A stretch of 64,000 bases of DNA from an uncultured PS1 clade bacterium. Its GTDB lineage: Bacteria > Pseudomonadota > Alphaproteobacteria > MED-G09. The notes under the pieces are model-generated. The model did not search any database. It was not told the DNA's origin and saw only the letters and a list, made by a program, of their open reading frames with translations. Position numbers and translations under genes: made by a program. The number at the start of each line of letters is the position of its first letter. Within the stretch, counting starts at the first letter, position 1. This document shows positions 55,064 through 64,000 of the stretch, one piece after another. The stretch lies in the NCBI GenBank assembly GCA_902626605.1, contig CACOFZ010000002.1:21932-85931 (forward strand), read 5' to 3'.

Positions 55064-55778
55064 TAACCCTGTCAGTGGTTATTTTACCTGCTACTCTTAA
55101 ATCAATCTTTTTGTGGCCTTTTTCAATTAACTTATTTTTTTTAATATAAGAGTCTAATAATGAGAGAGATTCTGAAATATTATCTTCAGGTAATAATATC
55201 CTTACTCCATTTTTATAATGAAGATCCCACCTTCTTCTACTTACAAAATTAGCATAATCAACCTGACTTAAAATATCTGGATAGTTGTAAAGTTTATCCA
55301 AAAGATTTTTTAATTTTTTATCAGCACCCATTCCTCTAATTTGAAAGTAATTTTGATACTCATCTGATTTAATTTTTTCAATTCTATAGCCATATTCATC
55401 TAAAACATAGTGTATAGAACCTCTTTTCCAAACAGCTAAAGGTGAATATTCCTCAATACTTATACTTAAAGTTTCTGGATAAACCTTTCTTATGATAACA
55501 TCTTTTATCCATCCTATTTTTTCTATTTCATTTTGAATATTTTTTAAATTTATAGTTACCAGTGATTTATTTTCATAGCTCTCTAAAACCTCAGATAATA
55601 TTTTTTTTGATGAGCGTTCTCTTCCAATAATTTCAATATTATTTATTGAAAATAATTCAATAAAACTTGAGGTTAATTCTTTTTTAATTTTACCGTTATT
55701 AAAAAAATTAACAAAAATTATACAAATAATAATTATAAACAAAATGAATAGGTATTTATATTTATTTATCGATCGCAA
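55050..55778 (-). CDS. ftsQ: cell division protein FtsQ
   Basis: Single N-terminal TM plus POTRA-like region. Position between ddl and ftsA. 242 aa. Confidence 0.75.
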   Translation of the reverse strand: MRSINKYKYLFILFIIIICIIFVNFFNNGKIKKELTSSFIELFSINNIEIIGRERSSKKILSEVLESYENKSLVTINLKNIQNEIEKIGWIKDVIIRKVYPETLSISIEEYSPLAVWKRGSIHYVLDEYGYRIEKIKSDEYQNYFQIRGMGADKKLKNLLDKLYNYPDILSQVDYANFVSRRRWDLHYKNGVRILLPEDNISESLSLLDSYIKKNKLIEKGHKKIDLRVAGKITTDRVSGNG

Positions 55779-56695
55779 GATGCATCCTCCAATAGATAAA
55801 GAATTAAATCATTATATGAAATGCCTTGTTTTTCTAATAACTCGGGAACAAGAGAAGTTATAGTCATCCCAGGTTGAGTATTTGTTTCTAGAGCAAAAAG
55901 AGACTCTTCATTATTTTCACCATTCCATTTAAAATCAGTTCTCGAAATTCCCCTGCAACCAAAAATGCTATGACACTTAAGTGCTGTTTTTTTTACCAGA
56001 TTATAAATTTCTATTGGAATATTGGCAGGAATAATATGATCCGATGCTCCAGGTTCATATTTTGCATCAAAGTCATAAAAAGTATTTTTGGTTTTGATCT
56101 CTACAACTTCTGTTGGCTTATTATTAAAAACTGCGCAAGATAATTCAATTCCTCCAATATAATCTTCAATCAAAACACTTTCCCCATAAATCCAAGATTC
56201 CTTAATTTTTAATAATTTCTTTCTATCTGATTCATTTAAAATTACATAAACCCCATTACTAGAACCTTCATGAACAGGTTTTATTACAAAAGGCAATGTC
56301 TTGTTTAAATTGCTAATATTATTAATTTTTATAAGTTCATAGTTTGGAGTTTTAATATTATTCTTTAAAAATAGCTCTTTTGATAAGGCTTTATTCATAC
56401 ATATTTCTGATGAAGCAATACCTGAATGGGTATAAGGTATATTATTTTTTTCTAACAAAGATTGTAAAGATCCATCTTCACCACCTAATCCATGCAAAGC
56501 ATTGAAGCAAACATCTGGTTTGATTTTAATCAATTTTTTTATAAAATCACCCTTACAATCAAAAGGTATGACGTTAAAACCTTCAGAGGATAAAGATTTT
56601 AAAATATTTTCTCCAGAGGAAATACTTATTTCTCTCTCCAGAGATTCCCCTCCAAGAAGAATAACAATCTTAGTATTTTTATTAATTTTTACCAT
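55766..56695 (-). CDS. ddl: D-alanine--D-alanine ligase
   Basis: ATP-grasp fold. N-terminal KIVILLGGESLEREISISSG. 309 aa. Confidence 0.9.
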   Translation of the reverse strand: MVKINKNTKIVILLGGESLEREISISSGENILKSLSSEGFNVIPFDCKGDFIKKLIKIKPDVCFNALHGLGGEDGSLQSLLEKNNIPYTHSGIASSEICMNKALSKELFLKNNIKTPNYELIKINNISNLNKTLPFVIKPVHEGSSNGVYVILNESDRKKLLKIKESWIYGESVLIEDYIGGIELSCAVFNNKPTEVVEIKTKNTFYDFDAKYEPGASDHIIPANIPIEIYNLVKKTALKCHSIFGCRGISRTDFKWNGENNEESLFALETNTQPGMTITSLVPELLEKQGISYNDLILYLLEDASCDR

Positions 56696-57611
56696 TCTTA
56701 CCTAATATTTGAATTTCCCACTCAAGTTTAATACCAAATTGATTTTGGACTTTATCAATGATCATTTCTCCTAAGTTTTCAAAATCTGATGCTTTAGCCT
56801 TTCCTGTATTTATCATAAAATTATTATGACGGTCTGAAATCATGGCACCACCACATCTTAACTTTGATATTTCAACCTTACTTATTAACTCCCAGGCCTT
56901 ATATTGTTTGTCATTTTTAAAAGTACTTCCACCTGTTGGATATCCTTGGGGTTGGGTAGATATTCTTTTTTTTGAGATTTCACTTATTTTTCTCTTAATT
57001 TCCTCTTTATTTTTTTTAAAACCTATTAAATTTACAGAGGTTATTATTAAATCCTTTGGTATATTTGACTCTCTGTATTTAAAATCAATTTCTTCAGCTT
57101 TTTTTTTAATTTTTTTTCCATTTCTATTTAAAAAATTTACATCCAAAACTATGTCTTTAAACTCAGAACCATAGCAACCTGCATTCATGAAAATACCTCC
57201 ACCAATTGTACCAGGTATACCTGATAGAAACTCAAAGCCTCCTATTTGAAGGTCAATAGATTTTTTTGCTACTTGTTTATCAAGAGCCCCAGAACCAACA
57301 TTTAAAATATTTTCCTCTTTATGAATTAATTTTTTAAAATCTGCAGGTATTAAAATTGATAAACCAGATAAACCGCCATCACGAATTAAAATATTTGATA
57401 GCTTTCCGAATACATTTATTTCAATATTGGGAATTAATTCATTTAAGAGAATTGAGAGATCAGCCTCATTTTTTGGTATATATAAATATTCTAAAACTCC
57501 TCCAACTTTAAACCATGATAGATTTTTAGCTGATTTCTTATAAAAAAATTTACCGCTTAGTTCATCAACAACTGAAGGTGTTTTTAAAATGGGTTTTAAA
57601 TTATCAAACAT
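56682..57611 (-). CDS. murB: UDP-N-acetylenolpyruvoylglucosamine reductase
   Basis: FAD-binding domain with GGVLEY…IGFK… context. 309 aa. dcw synteny. Confidence 0.85.
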   Translation of the reverse strand: MFDNLKPILKTPSVVDELSGKFFYKKSAKNLSWFKVGGVLEYLYIPKNEADLSILLNELIPNIEINVFGKLSNILIRDGGLSGLSILIPADFKKLIHKEENILNVGSGALDKQVAKKSIDLQIGGFEFLSGIPGTIGGGIFMNAGCYGSEFKDIVLDVNFLNRNGKKIKKKAEEIDFKYRESNIPKDLIITSVNLIGFKKNKEEIKRKISEISKKRISTQPQGYPTGGSTFKNDKQYKAWELISKVEISKLRCGGAMISDRHNNFMINTGKAKASDFENLGEMIIDKVQNQFGIKLEWEIQILGKNGKN

Positions 57612-59034
57612 TCAAAACCTCATATTTAAATTCATTAGCATAATCATTGCACCATAAGGAAATTGATCCAGCACCCATAAATACAACAATATCTTTTGGT
57701 TTTACTATTTGACTTATTTTATTTTTAGCTTTTAAAAAATCATTGAAATAATATGCTTCTGTATATTTTTTTTTGTTTATGTCATTTGTTAAATTTTGAG
57801 AACTTATGCCTTTTATCTTTCTTTCACCTGCATCAAATATTGGCAAAATTATAGAAATGTCAGCATCTTTTAATGATTTAATAAAATTATTATAATTTTG
57901 ATCTAATCTTGAATATCTATGGGGTTGAATTACAGCTATTAATCTTCCATTTTTTTTCTTTAATGCGCTTAGAGTGTCTTTTATTTCGGTAGGATGATGA
58001 GCGTAATCATCATAAAAAATGATACCATTCTCATCAAATATTTTTGTAAGCCTTCTCTTAACCCCTTGGAAAGTCTCCAATGATTCTTTAATGATATTTT
58101 TATTTATATTGAAATTAATACAAACTGAAATTGCTGCAAGTGCATTTTCAATATTATGATTACCTAGAAGGGGAAAATTTATATTTCTAATTAATGAATT
58201 TTTTTTGTTTAAATTTTTGATTTCAACATCAAAAATAATTCCGTCTTTATTTTTTTTTATAATCTTAGCTTGAATATCCGAATTACTATTAAATCCATAT
58301 TTATAAATATTTAAAGATTTAAAATTTTTTAATATTAACTGAATATTCTTATCTTTTTCTGAAACAGCCAAAAAGCCAAATGGAGAAATATTTTTTATAT
58401 AAGAATGAAAGGACTCAATAAGCTTTTTTTTACTTCCATAGAAGTCTATGTGCTCGTTATCAATCGAAGTTATAACCCCACCATAAGAGGGAAGAAAAGA
58501 GAAACTTCCATCTGACTCATCAGTTTCAACCAGCATAAGGTCGCTTTTTCCTAATTTTGTATTTGAGCCATATGAATTTAAAATACCTCCGTTAATAACA
58601 GTAGGATCTAATTTTGCTTTATCTAAAATTTCTGCAATTAAAGAAACTGTTGTTGTCTTTCCATGACTTCCAGCAACAGTGATTGTTCGTTTCATCCTCA
58701 TTAATTCTTTAAGCATTTCAGAACGACTTATCACAGGAATGTTCAGTGATATTGCCTTTTTAATTTCTGAATTATTTTTTGGAATAGCTGAAGAATAGAC
58801 AACCAAAGAGGCGTTTTTTATATTGTTCGGATCATGACCAATAAATATTTTAATACCAAGCCTTCTCAACCTTAAAACATTTGAATTGTTATTCTGATCT
58901 GATCCTGCAACTTTATAACCAATATTTTTCATTATCTCGGCAATACCGCTCATCCCGATACCACCAATACCGATAAAATAAATATTTTTAATTATTTTCA
59001 AATCAAAGTTCCTTGATTGATAATAAATCATCAA
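57604..59034 (-). CDS. murC: UDP-N-acetylmuramate--L-alanine ligase
   Basis: N-terminal IYFIGIGGIGMSGIAEI. Mur ligase ATP site TVAGSHGKTTT. 476 aa. Confidence 0.9.
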   Translation of the reverse strand: MMIYYQSRNFDLKIIKNIYFIGIGGIGMSGIAEIMKNIGYKVAGSDQNNNSNVLRLRRLGIKIFIGHDPNNIKNASLVVYSSAIPKNNSEIKKAISLNIPVISRSEMLKELMRMKRTITVAGSHGKTTTVSLIAEILDKAKLDPTVINGGILNSYGSNTKLGKSDLMLVETDESDGSFSFLPSYGGVITSIDNEHIDFYGSKKKLIESFHSYIKNISPFGFLAVSEKDKNIQLILKNFKSLNIYKYGFNSNSDIQAKIIKKNKDGIIFDVEIKNLNKKNSLIRNINFPLLGNHNIENALAAISVCINFNINKNIIKESLETFQGVKRRLTKIFDENGIIFYDDYAHHPTEIKDTLSALKKKNGRLIAVIQPHRYSRLDQNYNNFIKSLKDADISIILPIFDAGERKIKGISSQNLTNDINKKKYTEAYYFNDFLKAKNKISQIVKPKDIVVFMGAGSISLWCNDYANEFKYEVLNV

Positions 59035-60112
59035 TTATTGACCTAATGTTTTTTGAAGAATTATTTATTACCATTTCTTTATTTGCTTTTGCCATTTTTT
59101 CTAATATTTCAGGTTTCTCTATTAACTCATCTATAACCTTGTATAATTGATTTGAGTCAAGATTTTTTTCTTTTTTAACAATAACTTGTCCAATTTTTTC
59201 TAATTCAATAGTATTTAATCTTTGATCATCATCTATGGAGTGATGAAATGGAATAAATATTGCTGGAATTTTTGTTGCTGTTACCTCGGCAACAGTTGAA
59301 GCTCCCGATCTTGAGATTAAAAGATGAGAATTATTTAATAACTCAGGTAAATTATAAAAAAAAGTTTTAACCTCAGATTTAACATTCATACAGTCATAGT
59401 ATTTTTTTACTTTCTTAAATTCATTATTTCTAACTTGATGAAAAATTCTTAATAAAGATTTCTTTTTGCTATCCAGCTTATTTATGCTATCAGGAACAAT
59501 ATCCGAAAAAAATGATGCGCCTTGACTTCCACCAAAAATTAATAAGTTTAAAAATCCATCTTGATTATGAGTCTTATAATCTTTTTTATATTTATAGATT
59601 TCTGGTCTTATAGGATTACCAGTATAAAATATTTTATCGTTATATTTTTTTTTGATACCTTTTACTTTTAAATGGCCAACTGTCAATCTATCGCAGATAC
59701 TAAGCATTAATTTGTTAGCCCTTCCAATAATTTTATTTTGCTCATGAATAATTATTTTAATATTTAATAGATTTGCTGCAAAAATAGTTGGTATTGTAGG
59801 ATAACCGCCAAATCCAATTACTAGTTTAGGATTAATTCTTAAGATATAAAAAAAAGAATAAATTAAACCAATTAAAATTTTAAAAAAAGTTACGGGCCAT
59901 TCAATAGGCCTAATATTTGTAAAGGTTCCAGAGGGAATAATTCTTATTTTACTTAAGTCAAAATCTCTTAATAAATTTTCAACCCTTTTATCTGTAAATA
60001 AGAATACCTCATAACCGTTTCTTTTTAATTCCTCAGTGAGACTTAATGCCCCATATAAATGACCTCCTGTACCACCTGCAGTTAAGATAATTTTTTTATT
60101 TGATACATTCAT
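59003..60112 (-). CDS. murG: UDP-GlcNAc:lipid I GlcNAc transferase
   Basis: N-terminal ILTAGGTGGHLYGALSL (GGTGGH). GT28. 369 aa. Confidence 0.9.
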   Translation of the reverse strand: MNVSNKKIILTAGGTGGHLYGALSLTEELKRNGYEVFLFTDKRVENLLRDFDLSKIRIIPSGTFTNIRPIEWPVTFFKILIGLIYSFFYILRINPKLVIGFGGYPTIPTIFAANLLNIKIIIHEQNKIIGRANKLMLSICDRLTVGHLKVKGIKKKYNDKIFYTGNPIRPEIYKYKKDYKTHNQDGFLNLLIFGGSQGASFFSDIVPDSINKLDSKKKSLLRIFHQVRNNEFKKVKKYYDCMNVKSEVKTFFYNLPELLNNSHLLISRSGASTVAEVTATKIPAIFIPFHHSIDDDQRLNTIELEKIGQVIVKKEKNLDSNQLYKVIDELIEKPEILEKMAKANKEMVINNSSKNIRSIIDDLLSIKEL

Positions 60113-60113
60113 T

Positions 60114-61289
60114 TTAAAAATTTATTCCAGGTTCATTAAAATTTTTTTTCATTTTCTTTAGCCTTGGATCATCTTTTTTTGTTAAGGATAAAAACATACC
60201 CATACAAATCCCTAAAGAGAGTATTGAAGATCCACCATATGAAATAAAAGGAAGTGTCATTCCTTTTGCGGGCGCTAAACTTAAATTAACAGCCATGTGA
60301 AATAATGTTTGAAGACCAAAAATTAAAAGCAATCCTGATGCAGCTAATTGATTGGTATAATCAGATACTAGAGTAATTTTTGAAAAACCTCTTATAATTA
60401 AAAATCCATAAATCAAAATAATAACTATGATTAAAAATAATCCACCCTCTTCAGCAACAGCAGCGAAAATAAAGTCAGTATAAGCATCTGGTAAATTATA
60501 TTTCATCCAGCCTTCTCCTATTCCTTGACCAAATAACCCACCGTTTTCAAACGCATCTATTGCTGCAGAAATTTGAGTTGGCCTATTATCTAAAGATTCA
60601 GGAAAAAACCATCCCGCAAGCCAATTATTAACCCTTAAAGCTACATGTGAGAAATTTAAATATAAAAAAATAAAACCCAGAAAAGATATTGAAATTAATG
60701 CACTGATTATTTTCCAAGATAAACCATTGAAAAATAATAAACCCATGATTGTTAAAATTATAAGAATTGTTTGGCCAACATCAGGCTGAAGCAACAAAAG
60801 TGATATAACAGTTAAAGTAATTATTAGAGGTATTATCTGGAGAGTAATATTACTTTCTAGTCTTGATCTTGCTAAAAACCACGAAACAATAATAATTAAT
60901 GATGGTTTAAGAAATTCTGAAGGTTGAATCGTGAAACCTAGAGCGGATAACCACCTTGAAGCACCTCCGCTACTTACTCCGATAATTAAGGTTAAAAAAA
61001 TACCAATAAAACTAATGATGAAAATTATTAAAGATAATTTTCTTACAAAGTTAGAGGGTAAAATTGAAATTGATATCAAAAAAAATAATGATATGAAAAA
61101 ATATATAAAATGCCTAGTAAGGAAAAAATAAGTATTTGTTTTAATGCTTATTGCTTCAGCCGGACTAATTGCTAAAGAAAAAAATAATCCTATACAACCT
61201 AAAAAAATTATTGCTAATAACATCCATCTATCAACCGTATACCACCAAACACCAAGTATACTCATATTTGTTCTTGATATTCTTAGCAT
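60114..61289 (-). CDS. ftsW: peptidoglycan glycosyltransferase / lipid II flippase FtsW (SEDS family)
   Basis: 10-TM SEDS protein. Positioned between murD and murG. Confidence 0.85.
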   Translation of the reverse strand: MLRISRTNMSILGVWWYTVDRWMLLAIIFLGCIGLFFSLAISPAEAISIKTNTYFFLTRHFIYFFISLFFLISISILPSNFVRKLSLIIFIISFIGIFLTLIIGVSSGGASRWLSALGFTIQPSEFLKPSLIIIVSWFLARSRLESNITLQIIPLIITLTVISLLLLQPDVGQTILIILTIMGLLFFNGLSWKIISALISISFLGFIFLYLNFSHVALRVNNWLAGWFFPESLDNRPTQISAAIDAFENGGLFGQGIGEGWMKYNLPDAYTDFIFAAVAEEGGLFLIIVIILIYGFLIIRGFSKITLVSDYTNQLAASGLLLIFGLQTLFHMAVNLSLAPAKGMTLPFISYGGSSILSLGICMGMFLSLTKKDDPRLKKMKKNFNEPGINF

Positions 61290-62570
61290 TTATTCACTCT
61301 TACTCGTTAAAGAAGAAATTATCTGGACAAAAAAAGATCCTCTATCTTCATAATTTTTAAATTGGTCGTGAGAACTACAACCAGGAGATAAAAGGATTGA
61401 ACCTTTTTTATTTTTTCTTGCTGCTTTATATGCTGCTTTTGTTGCATCTGATAAATTTTTATAGATAGATGGTTTCTTTTCTTTTGGAGATAATTTTTTT
61501 ATTTCATTAGCTGATGAACCTATCAAGAAAACTCCCTTAATTTCTCTCGAAGATAAATTTAAGTTTGAAAGATCATTACTTTTTGAATAACCGCCTCCTA
61601 TCCAAAAGATATCTTTAAAAGTGTCAATTGCTAAATTAACTGCTGAGACATTTGTAGCCTTAGAGTCATTAATAAACTTTATAGAGCCATCATCATAGAC
61701 CAACTCCATTCTATGTTTTAAACCTCTAAACTCATTTATTCTTTTTCTTATAACCCCTTTTTCAATATCAAAAATTTCTAAAACTTTTTCTATTGCTTGA
61801 AAATTATATGATAAATTCATACCAAGAGGTAAATCACTTTTTGTAAAAAGAATTTTTTTGGAATTCAAATTTTTATCTGCAATATACTTTGAATACTTAT
61901 CGTCAACGGAAATAATCGAATAATCATTTTTGTCCTGATTTTTAAAAATATTTGACTTTATATCCCTGTATTCAGTCATATTTGAGTGTCTATCCAGATG
62001 ATCCTCAGAAATATTCAATAAGACAGCTATTTCAGGTTTCAATTTTGTATCAATCTCAAGCTGAAAAGAAGAAATTTCAATAATATAAATGGTATTTTTA
62101 TTTCCTTTTTTTAATTTTAAAATAGGTTTTCCAATATTACCAGCCAATCTAACATCAAAACCCTCTTTCTTTAAAATCTCGTAAATAATTGAAGCAGTTG
62201 AAGTTTTACCATTTGTTCCGGTAATTGCTATCATCGTTCCTTTATGAAAATCTTTTCCTCTTGCCATTTCAAAAAGTGTTATATCATTATAAATTTTTGT
62301 ATTTTTTTTTATTAAATTTTTTAATTTTTTCTTCTTTTTTAGATCAATTCCTGGTGAAGGAAAGAATGAATATAGATTAGACCATGGCCATTCTTCAATT
62401 TCTTTCAATATCAATTTCTTTTTTGTAAATTTTTTTCTTATACTAGGATTATCGTCCCATGCATAAACATTAGCTCCATTATAATTTAATGTTTCTGCTA
62501 TAGAAGAACCTGTAATACCAAGTCCATATATTCCAATATTCTTAGATTTAAATTGATCAAAATTTAACAT
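61290..62570 (-). CDS. murD: UDP-N-acetylmuramoylalanine--D-glutamate ligase
   Basis: N-terminal IGIYGLGITGSS. Mur ligase P-loop ITGTNGKTST. 426 aa. Confidence 0.9.
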   Translation of the reverse strand: MLNFDQFKSKNIGIYGLGITGSSIAETLNYNGANVYAWDDNPSIRKKFTKKKLILKEIEEWPWSNLYSFFPSPGIDLKKKKKLKNLIKKNTKIYNDITLFEMARGKDFHKGTMIAITGTNGKTSTASIIYEILKKEGFDVRLAGNIGKPILKLKKGNKNTIYIIEISSFQLEIDTKLKPEIAVLLNISEDHLDRHSNMTEYRDIKSNIFKNQDKNDYSIISVDDKYSKYIADKNLNSKKILFTKSDLPLGMNLSYNFQAIEKVLEIFDIEKGVIRKRINEFRGLKHRMELVYDDGSIKFINDSKATNVSAVNLAIDTFKDIFWIGGGYSKSNDLSNLNLSSREIKGVFLIGSSANEIKKLSPKEKKPSIYKNLSDATKAAYKAARKNKKGSILLSPGCSSHDQFKNYEDRGSFFVQIISSLTSKSE

Positions 62571-62571
62571 T

Positions 62572-63660
62572 CTACCTCAACTTTAAAGTCGCAAGACCGA
62601 TAATTGCTAAAATAAGTGAAATAATCCAAAATCTTATTACTATCGTAGACTCTGACCAGCCTTTCTGTTCAAAATGATGATGAAGCGGAGCCATCATAAA
62701 TACTCTTTTACCAATTAACTTATATGAGAGTACTTGAATAATTACTGATGATGCTTCGAGTACAAATAAACCACCAATAATAAATAGAACAATCTCATGT
62801 TTTACACTGATGGCAATAGATGCAATCAAGCCACCAAGGGATAATGAACCAGTATCACCCATAAAAATCATTGCTGGAGGGGCATTAAACCATAAAAAAC
62901 CAAGGCCTGCTCCAAATAATGCAGAGCAAATAACCACTATCTCTCCTACATTTGGAATAAATTGAATGTATAGATAATTTGAAAAAACATAATTACCGAC
63001 TAGATATGAAATTAAACCCATTGATGAAGCTGTTATCATTACTGGTATAATGGCTAAACCATCTAAACCATCTGTTAAATTTACAGCATTAGTAGTGCCA
63101 ACTAAAACACAAAGAGAAAAAAGAATAAAAAACCAACTCGAAACAATCAATGGTGATTTAAAAAAAGGTATATAAATTGTAAAGTTATTACCTTCTGGAA
63201 AACTTTTCAAAATTAAAAAAACTATTGATAAAGAAAGTAATACTTGTATTAAAAATTTAATTTTCCAATTGACTCCATCAGATGATGATTTTTTTATTTT
63301 TATATAATCATCCGCAAAACCTAAAACTCCAAAACCTAAAGTTGAATAAAGAATAATCCAAATAAATTTATTACTTAAGTCAGACCAGATTAAAGAGCTA
63401 GAGATCAAAGCAAAAATTATTAAAACTCCGCCCATAGTCGGTGTTCCAACTTTTGTAAGCAAATGTGATGGCGGCCCATCTTTTCTAATTGGTTGTCCTT
63501 GTTTTTGTTTTTGTTCCATAAATACAATAAATTTTGATCCAAAAAATAGGCATATAAATAAAGAGGTTAATACTGCAAATGCAGATCTAACAGTGATATA
63601 ATTAAAAATATTTAAACTGTTGTAGTCAGAAAAGAAATTTTCAAAAAGATATAAAATCAT
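62572..63660 (-). CDS. mraY: phospho-N-acetylmuramoyl-pentapeptide transferase
   Basis: Polytopic. Conserved KxGTPTMGG and NAVNLTDGLDGLA motifs. 362 aa. Confidence 0.9.
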   Translation of the reverse strand: MILYLFENFFSDYNSLNIFNYITVRSAFAVLTSLFICLFFGSKFIVFMEQKQKQGQPIRKDGPPSHLLTKVGTPTMGGVLIIFALISSSLIWSDLSNKFIWIILYSTLGFGVLGFADDYIKIKKSSSDGVNWKIKFLIQVLLSLSIVFLILKSFPEGNNFTIYIPFFKSPLIVSSWFFILFSLCVLVGTTNAVNLTDGLDGLAIIPVMITASSMGLISYLVGNYVFSNYLYIQFIPNVGEIVVICSALFGAGLGFLWFNAPPAMIFMGDTGSLSLGGLIASIAISVKHEIVLFIIGGLFVLEASSVIIQVLSYKLIGKRVFMMAPLHHHFEQKGWSESTIVIRFWIISLILAIIGLATLKLR

Positions 63661-64000
63661 TATGCTATATTCCTTAATAACTTTTCTTCATTTAAATAAT
63701 TTAGGATAGTTTTAATTTTGCTTTTGGAAGAACCTTTTATTAATAAAATATCTTCATTATTAATTTTTTTATTCAATTGCTTAATTAGTTCCTCAGGTTT
63801 TTGAGTGAAGGCACCCTTTTTATCATTTGATAAATTATCCCAGAGGTATTTCATTCTTTTTCCAGAGCAAAAGACAAGATTAATATCTGTTTTATTAATA
63901 AATTTGGCAATTTTTATGTGAAGTTCCTCTGAAAATTTACCAAGCTCCAACATATCTCCAAGAATTAATATTTTTCTCTTATTCTTATAAAAATCTATAT
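63660..64000 (-). CDS. murF: UDP-MurNAc-pentapeptide synthetase MurF, C-terminal part (ORF continues past the right window edge)
   Basis: The reading frame stays open to position 64000 (…IDFYKNKRKILILGDMLELGKFSEELH…ILLIKGSSKS…), matching the MurF C-terminal LGDMLELG / LVKGSR motifs. 1-nt overlap with mraY. Confidence 0.8.
   Translation of the reverse strand, partial: IDFYKNKRKILILGDMLELGKFSEELHIKIAKFINKTDINLVFCSGKRMKYLWDNLSNDKKGAFTQKPEELIKQLNKKINNEDILLIKGSSKSKIKTILNYLNEEKLLRNIA

Overview
AT-rich (roughly 30% GC by eye), tightly packed alphaproteobacterial sequence with SAR11/Pelagibacter-like streamlining; the lineage call is inference from gene content and composition. Genes commonly overlap by 4-14 nt and convergent genes abut with 0-4 nt gaps. 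The core, syntenic-looking blocks are: partial dksA at the left edge; phnC-phnE-phnE phosphonate-type ABC transporter; leuA with ilvI-ilvH-ilvC; miaA; degP-hflC-hflK; mrp/apbC; folA-thyA; an unannotated two-piece (permuted) tmRNA; fumC; uvrD-like helicase; pepP; ligA; bamD; lpxC; and the dcw division/cell-wall cluster ftsZ-ftsA-ftsQ-ddl-murB-murC-murG-ftsW-murD-mraY-murF (murF runs off the right edge). Between a tRNA-Lys(CUU) at 11989-12064 and leuA at about 28.6 kb lies a block that looks accessory. It holds a fatty-acid-hydroxylase/sterol-desaturase-like protein, a TonB-dependent receptor preceded by two tiny secreted peptides with paralogous signal peptides, and a 4-Cys Cas4/RecB-like PD-(D/E)XK nuclease. 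It also holds a small gene behind a structured, terminator-containing leader; a convergent type II R-M pair (unknown REase plus C5-cytosine MTase); a class IV aminotransferase; and a lipid/steroid-like oxidative module (steroid-5alpha-reductase-like, NmrA, SDR, cytochrome P450). Finally it holds two tandem paralogous periplasmic PQQ-dependent dehydrogenases and a PlsC-like acyltransferase. Upstream is a MoxR-ATPase/VWA/lipoprotein/FNR operon with a convergent adrenodoxin-type ferredoxin, and a GT4-methyltransferase-alpha/alpha-toroid-methyltransferase cluster tied to a sodium:alanine symporter. A Leu-rich, rare-codon mini-ORF with hairpin plus U8 sits in the ilvC-leuA spacer (candidate attenuator). 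No CRISPR array, transposase or integrase was seen.
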